Origin: a virus
Virus record (IMG/VR): IMGVR_UViG_3300043409_001462
Location: 1-64,000 of that record
DNA length: 64,000 nt
Strand: one strand, 5' to 3'
Made by a program: the position numbers and the translations under genes. This document shows positions 25,014-35,086 of the stretch, piece after piece (within the stretch, counting starts at the first letter, position 1; every line of letters starts with the position of its first letter). Below the pieces are notes generated by a model. It was not told the origin of the DNA, ran no database searches, and saw nothing but the letters and a program-made list of their open reading frames with translations.

Positions 25014-27049
25014 ACATAGAAAAACATATCTCACCATTTATAGCTTCACAGTTCCCTAGCTTCTATGAAGAAGAAGGAACTAATTTTATCGCATTTGTGA
25101 AAGCGTATTATGAATGGGCTGAACAGCAAGACAAATTTATTAATCTATCTCGTTCGATATATGAGATCAAAGATATCGATTCGACTTCAGAAAGCTTTAT
25201 CAAATACTTCAAGAATAAGTATATCTTATCACTTCCAGAATCTATTATAGCGGATAAGAAGCTTTTAGTCAAGCACATATTAGAGTTATATAGATCAAAA
25301 GGTACACAGAGAGCTTATGAACTACTTTTTCGTTTATTCTTCAATGAGGAAATTTCTCTATACATACCAAGTGAATACATATTTAAACCATCAGAAGCCC
25401 TTTGGTATATACCATATTACATAGAAGTTTCAGACCATCCATTACTACCTGAATTGGTTGGTAAAAAAATATACTCTAAGAAAGAAGGTTTTGCGACTGT
25501 AGAAAACTACTTTGTAAAAATCGTTAATAATAAAACTATTAATGTGTTAACACTTTCTGGACTAGAAGGTAATTTTAATTTTAATGAGCAGATATATTGT
25601 GATGATTTCCCTGCAATAACTCCTGAAAATGCACCTATAATTTTTGGTTCGCTTTCATCTATCAGTATAACAAATGGCGGAAGTAACTTTAAAATTGGTG
25701 ATCTACTGAATATAAATGCTGGTGGAGAAGGTGGTATTGCACGTGTAGCTGCTACTAAAGAAGAAAACGGTAAAGTTGATTTTACTCTAGTAGATGGCGG
25801 GCATGGATTTTCTGTTAATGCTATTGTATCAGTAACTGGTGGATACGGTACAGGCGCTTCGTTCCAAGTTGGTGGTATAACAGACAAACAAGTGTATAGA
25901 ATTGTTTCTGATAAGTTATCAAATTATAATCAAACTGCTTTGGAAGATTCTGCTGCGGGTATTCGTTTTTCAATAAGCAGTCCGACTGGAACATATATCG
26001 TAGGCGAAAAGGTAAAAGGTTCTGCTAATACACGTTTGTTAGATGTTCAGGAATTGTATTCTGCAGCTGCAAATGGCGAAACTTTCTCAAATACATTTTT
26101 AGGTATTAGTGATCTAATAGCGTACAATGTCGACGGTAACAGTATTTCTATAACTGGAACAGATACTAATTTAAATAACGCAAATTTAGCTACTGGTGCT
26201 ATCCTTATTAGTAGTGGTTCTTCTGCACTTATTAAAATTAATAGAGCAAATACTAAGGTTCAAAACGTAGCGAATGGTATCGTAGTTACAGCTAATACTT
26301 CGGAAGTATTACTAAATCAAATTCAAGGTAAATTTATTTCTGGTAGTATTGTGACAGGAACTGAGTTTGGTGATTTGTATAGCTATACAGCTACAATCGA
26401 TTCTCAAATAAAAATGACGAACTGGATGTTCCCTTACGCAACAGGAATCGGGTTTAGATCAAATTTAGATACACCATTAAACAAGCTATTAACTATAAGA
26501 AATTTTGAAGTTGGAACTATCACATATCTTAAAAATGTAAACCCTGGTAAAGGATACTCTGATGATCCAACAGTTAGTATTATTGAGCCAGATATTTACG
26601 ATTTGAGAATAAACAACGGTCGTGATGGTTATTATGGATATGATGCTATTGTAACATCAAAAGCTAGTTCTGCTAAAGGTGTTGTTACTGCATTAGAAGT
26701 TGTTGACTCGGGTTATGGATACAATCAAAACGAAACTTTGTATTTGAGTAATCCTAACAACTCTGTAGTTGTTAGTGGTGTATCTGTTGTTGATAATAAC
26801 GGTAAGGGTATGGGATATTGGAAGAACAATAAAAGCTTTACATCAGACACTATAAATATCCAAGATAGCTACTATTACCAGAGTTTTTCATATGAAATTG
26901 TAGCTTCTCGTATGATGAATACCTATGAAAAATACGTTAAAGATTTAATACACCCAAGCGGTATGAAAATGTTTGGTAAATATGCACTAAACAGTTATTT
27001 GGTAGATGATTACAATAAGCCACAAACATTTTCGATCGCGCAATCATAA
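25010..27049 (+). CDS. baseplate wedge subunit gp7-like
   Basis: QFPSF...FVKAYYEW, YRSKGT...LFR, IQDSYYYQSFSY, HPSGMKMFG. Confidence 0.75.
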   Translation: MNIEKHISPFIASQFPSFYEEEGTNFIAFVKAYYEWAEQQDKFINLSRSIYEIKDIDSTSESFIKYFKNKYILSLPESIIADKKLLVKHILELYRSKGTQRAYELLFRLFFNEEISLYIPSEYIFKPSEALWYIPYYIEVSDHPLLPELVGKKIYSKKEGFATVENYFVKIVNNKTINVLTLSGLEGNFNFNEQIYCDDFPAITPENAPIIFGSLSSISITNGGSNFKIGDLLNINAGGEGGIARVAATKEENGKVDFTLVDGGHGFSVNAIVSVTGGYGTGASFQVGGITDKQVYRIVSDKLSNYNQTALEDSAAGIRFSISSPTGTYIVGEKVKGSANTRLLDVQELYSAAANGETFSNTFLGISDLIAYNVDGNSISITGTDTNLNNANLATGAILISSGSSALIKINRANTKVQNVANGIVVTANTSEVLLNQIQGKFISGSIVTGTEFGDLYSYTATIDSQIKMTNWMFPYATGIGFRSNLDTPLNKLLTIRNFEVGTITYLKNVNPGKGYSDDPTVSIIEPDIYDLRINNGRDGYYGYDAIVTSKASSAKGVVTALEVVDSGYGYNQNETLYLSNPNNSVVVSGVSVVDNNGKGMGYWKNNKSFTSDTINIQDSYYYQSFSYEIVASRMMNTYEKYVKDLIHPSGMKMFGKYALNSYLVDDYNKPQTFSIAQS

Positions 27050-27075
27050 ATAGATAAAATAAATTGGACTGAAGA

Positions 27076-30000
27076 ATGGCAGTATTAACAATAAATCAGT
27101 ACATAGACACCATCAGTTCTTTCATCAACAACGTTGAAAGCTCTAAGAATTCGTATTATCTATTTTATGGTAAGGCTGATTCTTGGGTAAATTCCAATGG
27201 TCAAATAGATGATACGGCTGTTGTAACAGCTAATTCTTCTGTTTATTCCTATGAACAGTCAGTATATAATGACATTGTTTTTGGTAAATTGATTACACCA
27301 GAAGACATTACATATATGATTCCAAGATATAATTGGGTTAGTGGCACAGTATATTCTTCATACAATCAATCTGAAGCTAATTTGTACGATAAACAATTTT
27401 ACGTTATGACAGATGCTTATGAAGTTTACAAGTGTATCGATAACAATGGTGGAGCTAATTCAACTGTAAAACCTTCTTTGACGACCACTAGTGGAGTATT
27501 TTCTACTTCTGATGGTTATGTTTGGAAGTACATGTATACGGTTGATTCGAATGCAAATACTAAATTTACATCCTCTTCATATATTCCAGTTACACCAAAT
27601 AATAGTGTAACAAATAATGCTGTTAGAGGCTCTATTGACTTCATCAAGGTAGCTAATACTGGTAATAATTATCAGGCATATCATACTGGTTACATACAAA
27701 ATTTTCAAAACAACTTCGTAGTTCAAATCGCTAATACTGCTTCACCAATTACTGGTAGATATGTTGATTCTTCTATCTATTTAAAAACAGGTTTCGGCGC
27801 AGGTCAAATAAGAGACATTATTACATATAGTGGTTTGAATAGACTTGTGACAGTTTCACAGCCATTCAATACAGCTGTTGTTTTGAATATCGAAAATTTC
27901 AGTGGCTCTTTTGATGTAGGAACGCTTGCAACACAAAGACTAGAATATATCTCTTTCCTTTATCAGCAAGGTTATTTTAACGTAGGCGATCAGATAGTAC
28001 AGTCTGATACTGTTGCTACTGCTGATATTTTAAATGCTAACGTAACACAAATACGCGCAATTAAATCTAGTTCGAACGATTTCGTACAGGAACTACCATT
28101 CTATAATACTTCTCAAAGCGGTACTCTCCAAACTGGATCAGCGGATATCAAAACTAATATTATTAGAACGCTAACATTGACAAGACCTGGTTCAGGATAT
28201 ATTGCAAATGCAACAGTAACAATAGCTAATTCAGTTAATGATACTACTGGAACAGGAGCTACTGCTAATTCTGTTGCTAACTCAACTGGTAAAATTGCCA
28301 CTATCAATATAGTAAATCCTGGTTCTGGATTTACTCTTACACCAACTGTTACAATTTCTTCGCCACCATCTATCTTTTTTGACGCTTTTTATAACGTAAA
28401 TACAACAAGTGATTTTATAACCCTGTCAGGATATGCTCAGTATTTTTCAAACGGTGATTATGTTCGATATAATGTAGCTGTAGGTAATACAGCATTGACT
28501 AATTTATCTAATAATACATATTATTACGTTCTTGGAGCTAACAGTACTGGATTTAAAATTGCAGCGAACAATACTACATCAACTCCAATTAATTTAACTG
28601 CTGGTATTCAAGAACCAGGTCACTCGTTCACTGGCGAAACAGCTATCGCTACTCCTACTATTCTAACGTATATTGTTAGCGCAAATAGCGGAACACCGTT
28701 TGCTAATTTTTCTGCTGGCGATTATATTCGTATTGGTGCAAATGCTAATACTAACATCCGCCGTATTATATCTGTTAATAGTAGTATTGTTACTGTTAAT
28801 TATCCATTGTCAACCAATGCAATTGCTAATAGTGTATACAAAGTTACCTATGCAGCGCTACCAACTTCTATTACAACAACTCAAGCTAATGGTATTATTT
28901 CTGACACTAATCTTAACAGCGTAACTTTAAAATATAACAACTCTTCGATAAACAGTTTATTGTTCACAGTAGGCGAACGTGTTGATATGGTTGGTGGAGA
29001 TAATATTGTACAGGGCGCTAATGGTATTGTTTCGTACTGCAATTCTACCTCTGTTATTTTAAGTTCAATCCAAGGTACGTTTGCTACCAGCACTAATAAT
29101 TTTATTCGTGGTGTTTCTAGTTTGCAAAAATCAAATATTGTTTCTTCTGTTTCTTTCCCTAATATTACATTAGCTTCGCCGCAGGGTGAGTTTATATCTG
29201 GGCAAAAAATATTCATTAAAACTCTACCTAGCCTTTCAACAGTAGCTAATGCAACCCTAATCGCTTCATATAATATTCCAAACGAATTGACAGAATATGT
29301 TATTTCGCCAGCTGTTAAAATTGTTGGTGATGGTACTGGCGCTCTAGCATATTCTGTTGTCAATACTACGTTTCTATCAGCTAACGAAATTAACTCTATC
29401 GTTATGTTGAACACAGGGCAAAATTATACCTACGCAAATATTTCTATCACATCTAATAATTTGTTTGGAACTGGAGCTGTTGCTACTCCTGTAGTTTCTC
29501 CTCTTTCTGGTCATGGCTCTAATGCTTACAAAGAATTAGGTGCTAGATATGCTGGTGTTTCGATGACTATCGATACTGGCGAGAACGAAGGTTATAAGTA
29601 TCCTACATATGGTAGTTATCGCAGAGTTGGTATAATTGAAAATCCATTGTTCGCTGATGCTTCTGCTCGTATATCTGATTTCGAACGCATCAACCTTTCA
29701 CTAAGAAATAGAAGCGGTACTGGATTTCTTGTTGGTGAATACGTAGTACAATCTAATTCAAGCGCTGCTGGTTTTATTGTAACTGCAAATAGCACATATT
29801 TACAGTTGAAGAATATAAAAGGATCTTTCGTTCAAGCTATAAGTGGTGATAATATTAGAGGATTATCTTCAAATACCACAGCTAACGTATTTATTGCAAA
29901 TGTAATTACTTTCTCCGTATCAAATGTAGTAATTGTTTCTGAAACTATCTCTAATGCTCAGGCTCAGGTTATTCAAGCTAACAATACAGTATTGAAATTG

Positions 30001-30672
30001 ACTAATGTTTCGGGGCGTTTCGATGCTAACGATATCGTTTATGATTCTGTAATTAATGCATATGCTAACGTAACTGCTATCTATACAGTAAACAATACAG
30101 TAGATTCAACTACAAACTTCGGTAGAAAATTTTCTCAGGTAGCGAGAATTACAATATCTTCGAATACTGGAGCGTTTGTTGTTGGTGAAACTGTTACCCA
30201 AGCGGTAACATTAGCTTCTGGAACAATTATAAGTACGAATACAGATATCGATTTAGTGTATACAAATTCGAATGGCGCTTTCTCTGTCGGTAATCGTGTA
30301 ACTGATAGCACATCAAACGCCAATGGAATTGTAACTTTCGCGAACAATACTTACCTAAGAATTACTTCAAAAAATGGCGTGTTTGCATCTGGCCACAGAA
30401 TCATAAATAATGTAAATATAGGTGCTGATATTACGAATGTTTATCCAGCTTTAGTATTAAACGATGTAAGTGGAAGTAATAAGTTCCAAACTGGTGCTAA
30501 CGTGGTAATTGGTAGTATAAGCGGCGCGATAGGTAAAAGTGAAATAGCAACAACTATAATTTATCCAGAGTTAGTAAGAGATAGTGGTTCGGTGGTTTAT
30601 TTGGAAAATATAGCGCCAGTAACTAGAACAGCTACTTCTAAAGAAAAAATTAATTTGATTATTAAGTTTTAG
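27076..30672 (+). CDS. gp8: baseplate wedge subunit gp8 with large insertions
   Basis: IPRYNWVSGTVY, FYVMTDAYEVYKCIDNN, DGYVWKYMY, GHG...ELGA, SGSVVYLEN..P..R...KEKINLIIKF. Confidence 0.78.
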   Translation: MAVLTINQYIDTISSFINNVESSKNSYYLFYGKADSWVNSNGQIDDTAVVTANSSVYSYEQSVYNDIVFGKLITPEDITYMIPRYNWVSGTVYSSYNQSEANLYDKQFYVMTDAYEVYKCIDNNGGANSTVKPSLTTTSGVFSTSDGYVWKYMYTVDSNANTKFTSSSYIPVTPNNSVTNNAVRGSIDFIKVANTGNNYQAYHTGYIQNFQNNFVVQIANTASPITGRYVDSSIYLKTGFGAGQIRDIITYSGLNRLVTVSQPFNTAVVLNIENFSGSFDVGTLATQRLEYISFLYQQGYFNVGDQIVQSDTVATADILNANVTQIRAIKSSSNDFVQELPFYNTSQSGTLQTGSADIKTNIIRTLTLTRPGSGYIANATVTIANSVNDTTGTGATANSVANSTGKIATINIVNPGSGFTLTPTVTISSPPSIFFDAFYNVNTTSDFITLSGYAQYFSNGDYVRYNVAVGNTALTNLSNNTYYYVLGANSTGFKIAANNTTSTPINLTAGIQEPGHSFTGETAIATPTILTYIVSANSGTPFANFSAGDYIRIGANANTNIRRIISVNSSIVTVNYPLSTNAIANSVYKVTYAALPTSITTTQANGIISDTNLNSVTLKYNNSSINSLLFTVGERVDMVGGDNIVQGANGIVSYCNSTSVILSSIQGTFATSTNNFIRGVSSLQKSNIVSSVSFPNITLASPQGEFISGQKIFIKTLPSLSTVANATLIASYNIPNELTEYVISPAVKIVGDGTGALAYSVVNTTFLSANEINSIVMLNTGQNYTYANISITSNNLFGTGAVATPVVSPLSGHGSNAYKELGARYAGVSMTIDTGENEGYKYPTYGSYRRVGIIENPLFADASARISDFERINLSLRNRSGTGFLVGEYVVQSNSSAAGFIVTANSTYLQLKNIKGSFVQAISGDNIRGLSSNTTANVFIANVITFSVSNVVIVSETISNAQAQVIQANNTVLKLTNVSGRFDANDIVYDSVINAYANVTAIYTVNNTVDSTTNFGRKFSQVARITISSNTGAFVVGETVTQAVTLASGTIISTNTDIDLVYTNSNGAFSVGNRVTDSTSNANGIVTFANNTYLRITSKNGVFASGHRIINNVNIGADITNVYPALVLNDVSGSNKFQTGANVVIGSISGAIGKSEIATTIIYPELVRDSGSVVYLENIAPVTRTATSKEKINLIIKF

Positions 30673-30680
30673 AGGAAAAT

Positions 30681-33600
30681 ATGGCATTACAAACAGATTT
30701 ATCACGTAGTCCTTATTATGATGATTACAGCTCTGGTAAAAATTTCTACAGAGTCCTGTATAGACCAGGCACAGCTGTCCAAACTCGTGAACTTAATCAA
30801 ATGCAAACTATTTTGCAGGATCAAATTGACAAATTTGGTCGTCATATTTTTTCAGAGGGTTCAGTAGTAGAGGGTTGTTCTTTTACTTTCGATAACTCTT
30901 ATGATTACGTTAAAATTAGCGACACATACGCTAATGGTTTCGCTTTTACTATTTCTGATTTCCAGGACAAATATGCATACAATACGAATGGATTAACAGC
31001 CTTAATTATCAACACTGTTGTTGGATACTCTTCACAAGATCCAGACCTTAATACTATTTATTTGAAGTATTTGAATGTAGGAACATTTGCGAACGGTTCT
31101 CCTCAAACTACATTCGCTAATAACGAAACACTGGTTGTATCAGCAAATAGTCAAACAAGTAATACATCAGCTATTGTTGGTAGCGTTTCTGTTCCTACAG
31201 TTACAGCTTCTACTGGTAGAGGTTATGCCTTCACAACAACAGCTGGCGTTATTTTTCAAAAAGGTTTTTTCATTAATGTTCCACCACAAACATTAATTGT
31301 ATCTAAGTATTCGAATAACCCAGATAACATTTCTGTTGGGTTTAATTCTGTTGAAAATATTATAACACCAGAAGCAGACACTTCGTTGTTAGATAACGCT
31401 GCAGGCGCTCCTAACTATGCAGCTCCTGGCGCTCATAGACTTCAACTTGTACCAACACTTTTTACAGCTATAACTTCTCAAGTTGAAAACGAAGCTTCAT
31501 TTTTCTCGTTAGTAGATTTTACAGACGGTGTACCTACTTCTATTAATAACACTGCAGAGTACGCTGCTCTTGGAAAACAACTAGCCAAAAGAACTTTCGA
31601 AACAAACGGTAATTATATTGTTTCTCCATTTTTACTTTCAGCAGAAGAAAAAGCAGAAACTGATGCGCTTTATCAGGACTATGTAAATCTTGTTTCATCT
31701 CCTGGTATTGGATACGCAGAAGGTTTTAGAGTTGAATTTGTCAACAATGCAAGAATTAACCTTAGAAAAGGTTTAGATATTAGTTCGATTGATGGGCAGG
31801 TTGTTAGTGCTAACTACGGTAATTACATATCAGTTAATGAATATGTTGGCGATTTCGACACCGAAAATGTTACATTAGTTGAAATTCATAACGTATCAAA
31901 AACAGCTATAACATCTCGTGGATTTTTAGGAATTGGATATTCGTCTGGTACAAAAATTGGTACTGCTTATATAAAAGCCGTAGAGTATAGTTCTGGTATT
32001 ATAGGCAATCAAGCAGCAATATATAAATTATATCTTTTCAATATCAATATGAATGCTGGTCAAACATTCAGTAATGCTAGAAGTTTAATACGTTATAGCG
32101 CTAGTGCTGTAAAGGCGGTTGCTGATATTGTTCTTACGTATAGCGCTGCTATCGCTAATAGTGTTGCATCTATCCAACAGCCAAAACTTGACACCTTAAT
32201 TTTTCCATTAGGTCAACAAGCGATAACATCAAATGGGTTTAGTAGCACACAATATGTTTATAGAAATAAAAATAGTGCACAAATACAAACTACAGGTAGT
32301 ATGGCTGTAGGATTACCTACTGTTGTTGGTTCTGGTACTGAAAGTTTTAACGTTTCTGGTGCTTTATCAACAAGCGAAATTAACAATTTTCTAGTTATAC
32401 CAACAGCTAGTGTTTCTACAACTAACAAAGGTGGTACAGTAACTGTTATTTCTGGCAATTCAACTGTTAATAAAGGTAGTACTACGACCTATTTTAGTGA
32501 TGATTACAGAAGTGGTGATTTTATAAAAATTGGCACTAACGTTTATCAAATCGCTTCTATTGCTAATAGTACACAACTTATTCTTACTACTAACTCAGTT
32601 GCAAGTGCAACCAATTCTGTACATAGTAAATCCTTTGTAACTGGCGTCCCTATTGATTTTTCTCAACCGCATAGAAGCATTACAGTAGTCGCTAATTCTT
32701 CTGCTACTTTTAGTTTAGGTGAAAATTTAGCAAGTACTCTACAAACAACTGTATACCACGATATTCTTAGAAAAAATACTGTTTCTATCGGTAAAAGTAT
32801 TGTAAAAAATGCTCTGGTTAAAATCGATTGCTCGTCGCACTCAGCGAATAGTACTGGACCATGGTGTTTAGGTCTTCCAGATATTGCTGGAATCAATGGC
32901 ATTTACATTGGAACTGATGGTGTATATTCGAATTCTACTACAGCTTCTGATTCTTCTAATCTATTTACTTTTATTGGTGGACAAACTGACAATAGCTATG
33001 ATTTAGGATTTATCAAATATAAAAACATTGACACATCATTAATAGACAATACTTCTACAATCCTTGTAGATTTAAATGTGTACACTCATAATCGTTCTCA
33101 GGGCGTTGGTTTCTTTACTGCTAACTCTTATCCTGTTAATGATACTCCTACTAGTCAACAAAGAACTACATCTATATACACTCAAGAAATTCCAACATAT
33201 ACTTCAACTTCTGGTTTAGTTTATGATCTTCGTGATTGCGTTGATTATCGTTATTTTGCTGCTAATACTGCAAACCCAACAACTACAGTAGGTTCTGCGA
33301 CAGTAAATCCAAGTAGTACTCAAACGTTTAATATTCTTCCTTCTGGTTCATATTTACCAAGTGTTAATAGTAACTGGCAGTCAGATGTAAAACATTACCT
33401 ACCAAGAAAAGACTTAGTTGTTGTAACTACCAAAGGTCGTTTGAAAATTATAGAAGGTGTTTCTAAAACTATTCCAAGAGCTCCAAATAATAAACCAGGT
33501 GGTATGCCTTTAGGTGTAGTAACAATACCACCATATCCATCTCTTACTTCTAAGAAAGCTAAAGAAGTTAACAGATATGATTATGCTATTTCTGCTTCTA

Positions 33601-35057
33601 TTACACAAAACAAACGTTTTACTATGGCGGAAATTGGCGCTCTGGCAACTAGAGTTGATAATCTAGAATACTACACTTCGCTCAATCTTCTTGAACAAGC
33701 AACTAGTAGTTTACTTGTTAAAAATAGCAGTACTGGTTTAAATAGATTTAAAAACGGTATTTTAGTTGATCCTTTTGCTGGTCATGATATAGGTGATACT
33801 ATAGATCCAAACTATAATATAGCTATAGATCCTATAAATAAAGAACTTAGACCAAAATTTAATCAGCGTCAAGAAGTATTTTTTATAGATCCTGAGTTAA
33901 GCACTGGTGTTGTTAAACGTGGTGATCTTGTAATGCTTGATTATCAAGAAAAGCAGTACATTGCTCAAAATTATGCAAGTAAATACAGAAACTGTGTTGA
34001 AGGTAATATATATGTATTTAAGGGATCAATTAACCTATTTCCAAATTACTCAGCTTCACCATCATTAAAAGAAAATCCAGACGTTGTTAATAATTTAGAC
34101 TTGTCTCAAAACTGGATTAATTTACAAAAAGCTTGGGGTACTCAGTGGGGTAATTGGACTACAGTAAGTTCATCAACTACTCCTTCTATTGGCGAAAAAA
34201 CTGAAACTGGTTCGAAAACCGACAGTGTTGGTAACGTATTAAAATCCTATACACAAAGAACTAAAACTACTACTACAACTAAAGAAGAAGCATTAGGAAC
34301 AAAATTAAATGTTTCTGGATTCAATGATACAAAAATGAATCTTGGAACTTTCGTTCAAGATATAACTATTCAGCCTTATATCAACAGTTTGAAAGTTCAA
34401 TTTAATTGTTTTTCATTAAAACCTGGTGCGAGAGTTTATGCTTATTTTAATAACATAGCAGTTTCTGACTGGTGTAAACCAACTTATAGAAATTTTCATG
34501 AAGCAGCAGAAGGTGGATTAGAATCTACTAATAGTGAATTACCTTTAAACTATTCAAAATACGGCGATCCTTTAATTGTTAATAGTGATGGTTCTATATT
34601 TGGTATATTCTTAATACCACCAAATAAATTCCAGTCGACTGAATTACAATTTATGCTTTGTGATATTGATAATTTAACATTAGGCTCTAGTGCAATTTCA
34701 ACACAAGCTAGTGCTACTTTTTATGCTACAAATCTTTCTATAGCAAAAGGTTCTTCTATTTTAAATACAAGAGATGTTGTAGTAAGTAGTGAAGAAGTAA
34801 AAAGCGAAAGAGATGTATTAAGCAGTCCTTCAATAACTGATAATACTACATATGAATTAACACCTGGTCCTAAAGTAAATCCACCTGGTTCTAAACTACC
34901 AGTGACTATAGGTCATCTAGATGATAATATTATTACTGTTGGAGATGGTTGGAATAATTGGGACGGTGGTGGTTATTATTCAGAAGGCGGCGGTGGTGAT
35001 GGTGGTGGCGCAGGTGGTTGTGGTTGTGACTCTGATGATTCTAGTTGCGACGAATAA
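30681..35057 (+). CDS. VrlC/DUF4815-like virion structural protein (N-terminal part)
   Basis: PYYDDY...RVLYRPG.AVQTRELNQMQTILQ, APGAHRL, RFKNGILVDPF. Confidence 0.8.
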   Translation: MALQTDLSRSPYYDDYSSGKNFYRVLYRPGTAVQTRELNQMQTILQDQIDKFGRHIFSEGSVVEGCSFTFDNSYDYVKISDTYANGFAFTISDFQDKYAYNTNGLTALIINTVVGYSSQDPDLNTIYLKYLNVGTFANGSPQTTFANNETLVVSANSQTSNTSAIVGSVSVPTVTASTGRGYAFTTTAGVIFQKGFFINVPPQTLIVSKYSNNPDNISVGFNSVENIITPEADTSLLDNAAGAPNYAAPGAHRLQLVPTLFTAITSQVENEASFFSLVDFTDGVPTSINNTAEYAALGKQLAKRTFETNGNYIVSPFLLSAEEKAETDALYQDYVNLVSSPGIGYAEGFRVEFVNNARINLRKGLDISSIDGQVVSANYGNYISVNEYVGDFDTENVTLVEIHNVSKTAITSRGFLGIGYSSGTKIGTAYIKAVEYSSGIIGNQAAIYKLYLFNINMNAGQTFSNARSLIRYSASAVKAVADIVLTYSAAIANSVASIQQPKLDTLIFPLGQQAITSNGFSSTQYVYRNKNSAQIQTTGSMAVGLPTVVGSGTESFNVSGALSTSEINNFLVIPTASVSTTNKGGTVTVISGNSTVNKGSTTTYFSDDYRSGDFIKIGTNVYQIASIANSTQLILTTNSVASATNSVHSKSFVTGVPIDFSQPHRSITVVANSSATFSLGENLASTLQTTVYHDILRKNTVSIGKSIVKNALVKIDCSSHSANSTGPWCLGLPDIAGINGIYIGTDGVYSNSTTASDSSNLFTFIGGQTDNSYDLGFIKYKNIDTSLIDNTSTILVDLNVYTHNRSQGVGFFTANSYPVNDTPTSQQRTTSIYTQEIPTYTSTSGLVYDLRDCVDYRYFAANTANPTTTVGSATVNPSSTQTFNILPSGSYLPSVNSNWQSDVKHYLPRKDLVVVTTKGRLKIIEGVSKTIPRAPNNKPGGMPLGVVTIPPYPSLTSKKAKEVNRYDYAISASITQNKRFTMAEIGALATRVDNLEYYTSLNLLEQATSSLLVKNSSTGLNRFKNGILVDPFAGHDIGDTIDPNYNIAIDPINKELRPKFNQRQEVFFIDPELSTGVVKRGDLVMLDYQEKQYIAQNYASKYRNCVEGNIYVFKGSINLFPNYSASPSLKENPDVVNNLDLSQNWINLQKAWGTQWGNWTTVSSSTTPSIGEKTETGSKTDSVGNVLKSYTQRTKTTTTTKEEALGTKLNVSGFNDTKMNLGTFVQDITIQPYINSLKVQFNCFSLKPGARVYAYFNNIAVSDWCKPTYRNFHEAAEGGLESTNSELPLNYSKYGDPLIVNSDGSIFGIFLIPPNKFQSTELQFMLCDIDNLTLGSSAISTQASATFYATNLSIAKGSSILNTRDVVVSSEEVKSERDVLSSPSITDNTTYELTPGPKVNPPGSKLPVTIGHLDDNIITVGDGWNNWDGGGYYSEGGGGDGGGAGGCGCDSDDSSCDE

Positions 35058-35086
35058 ATAAGATAGTAATCTAAAAAGGTAAAAAT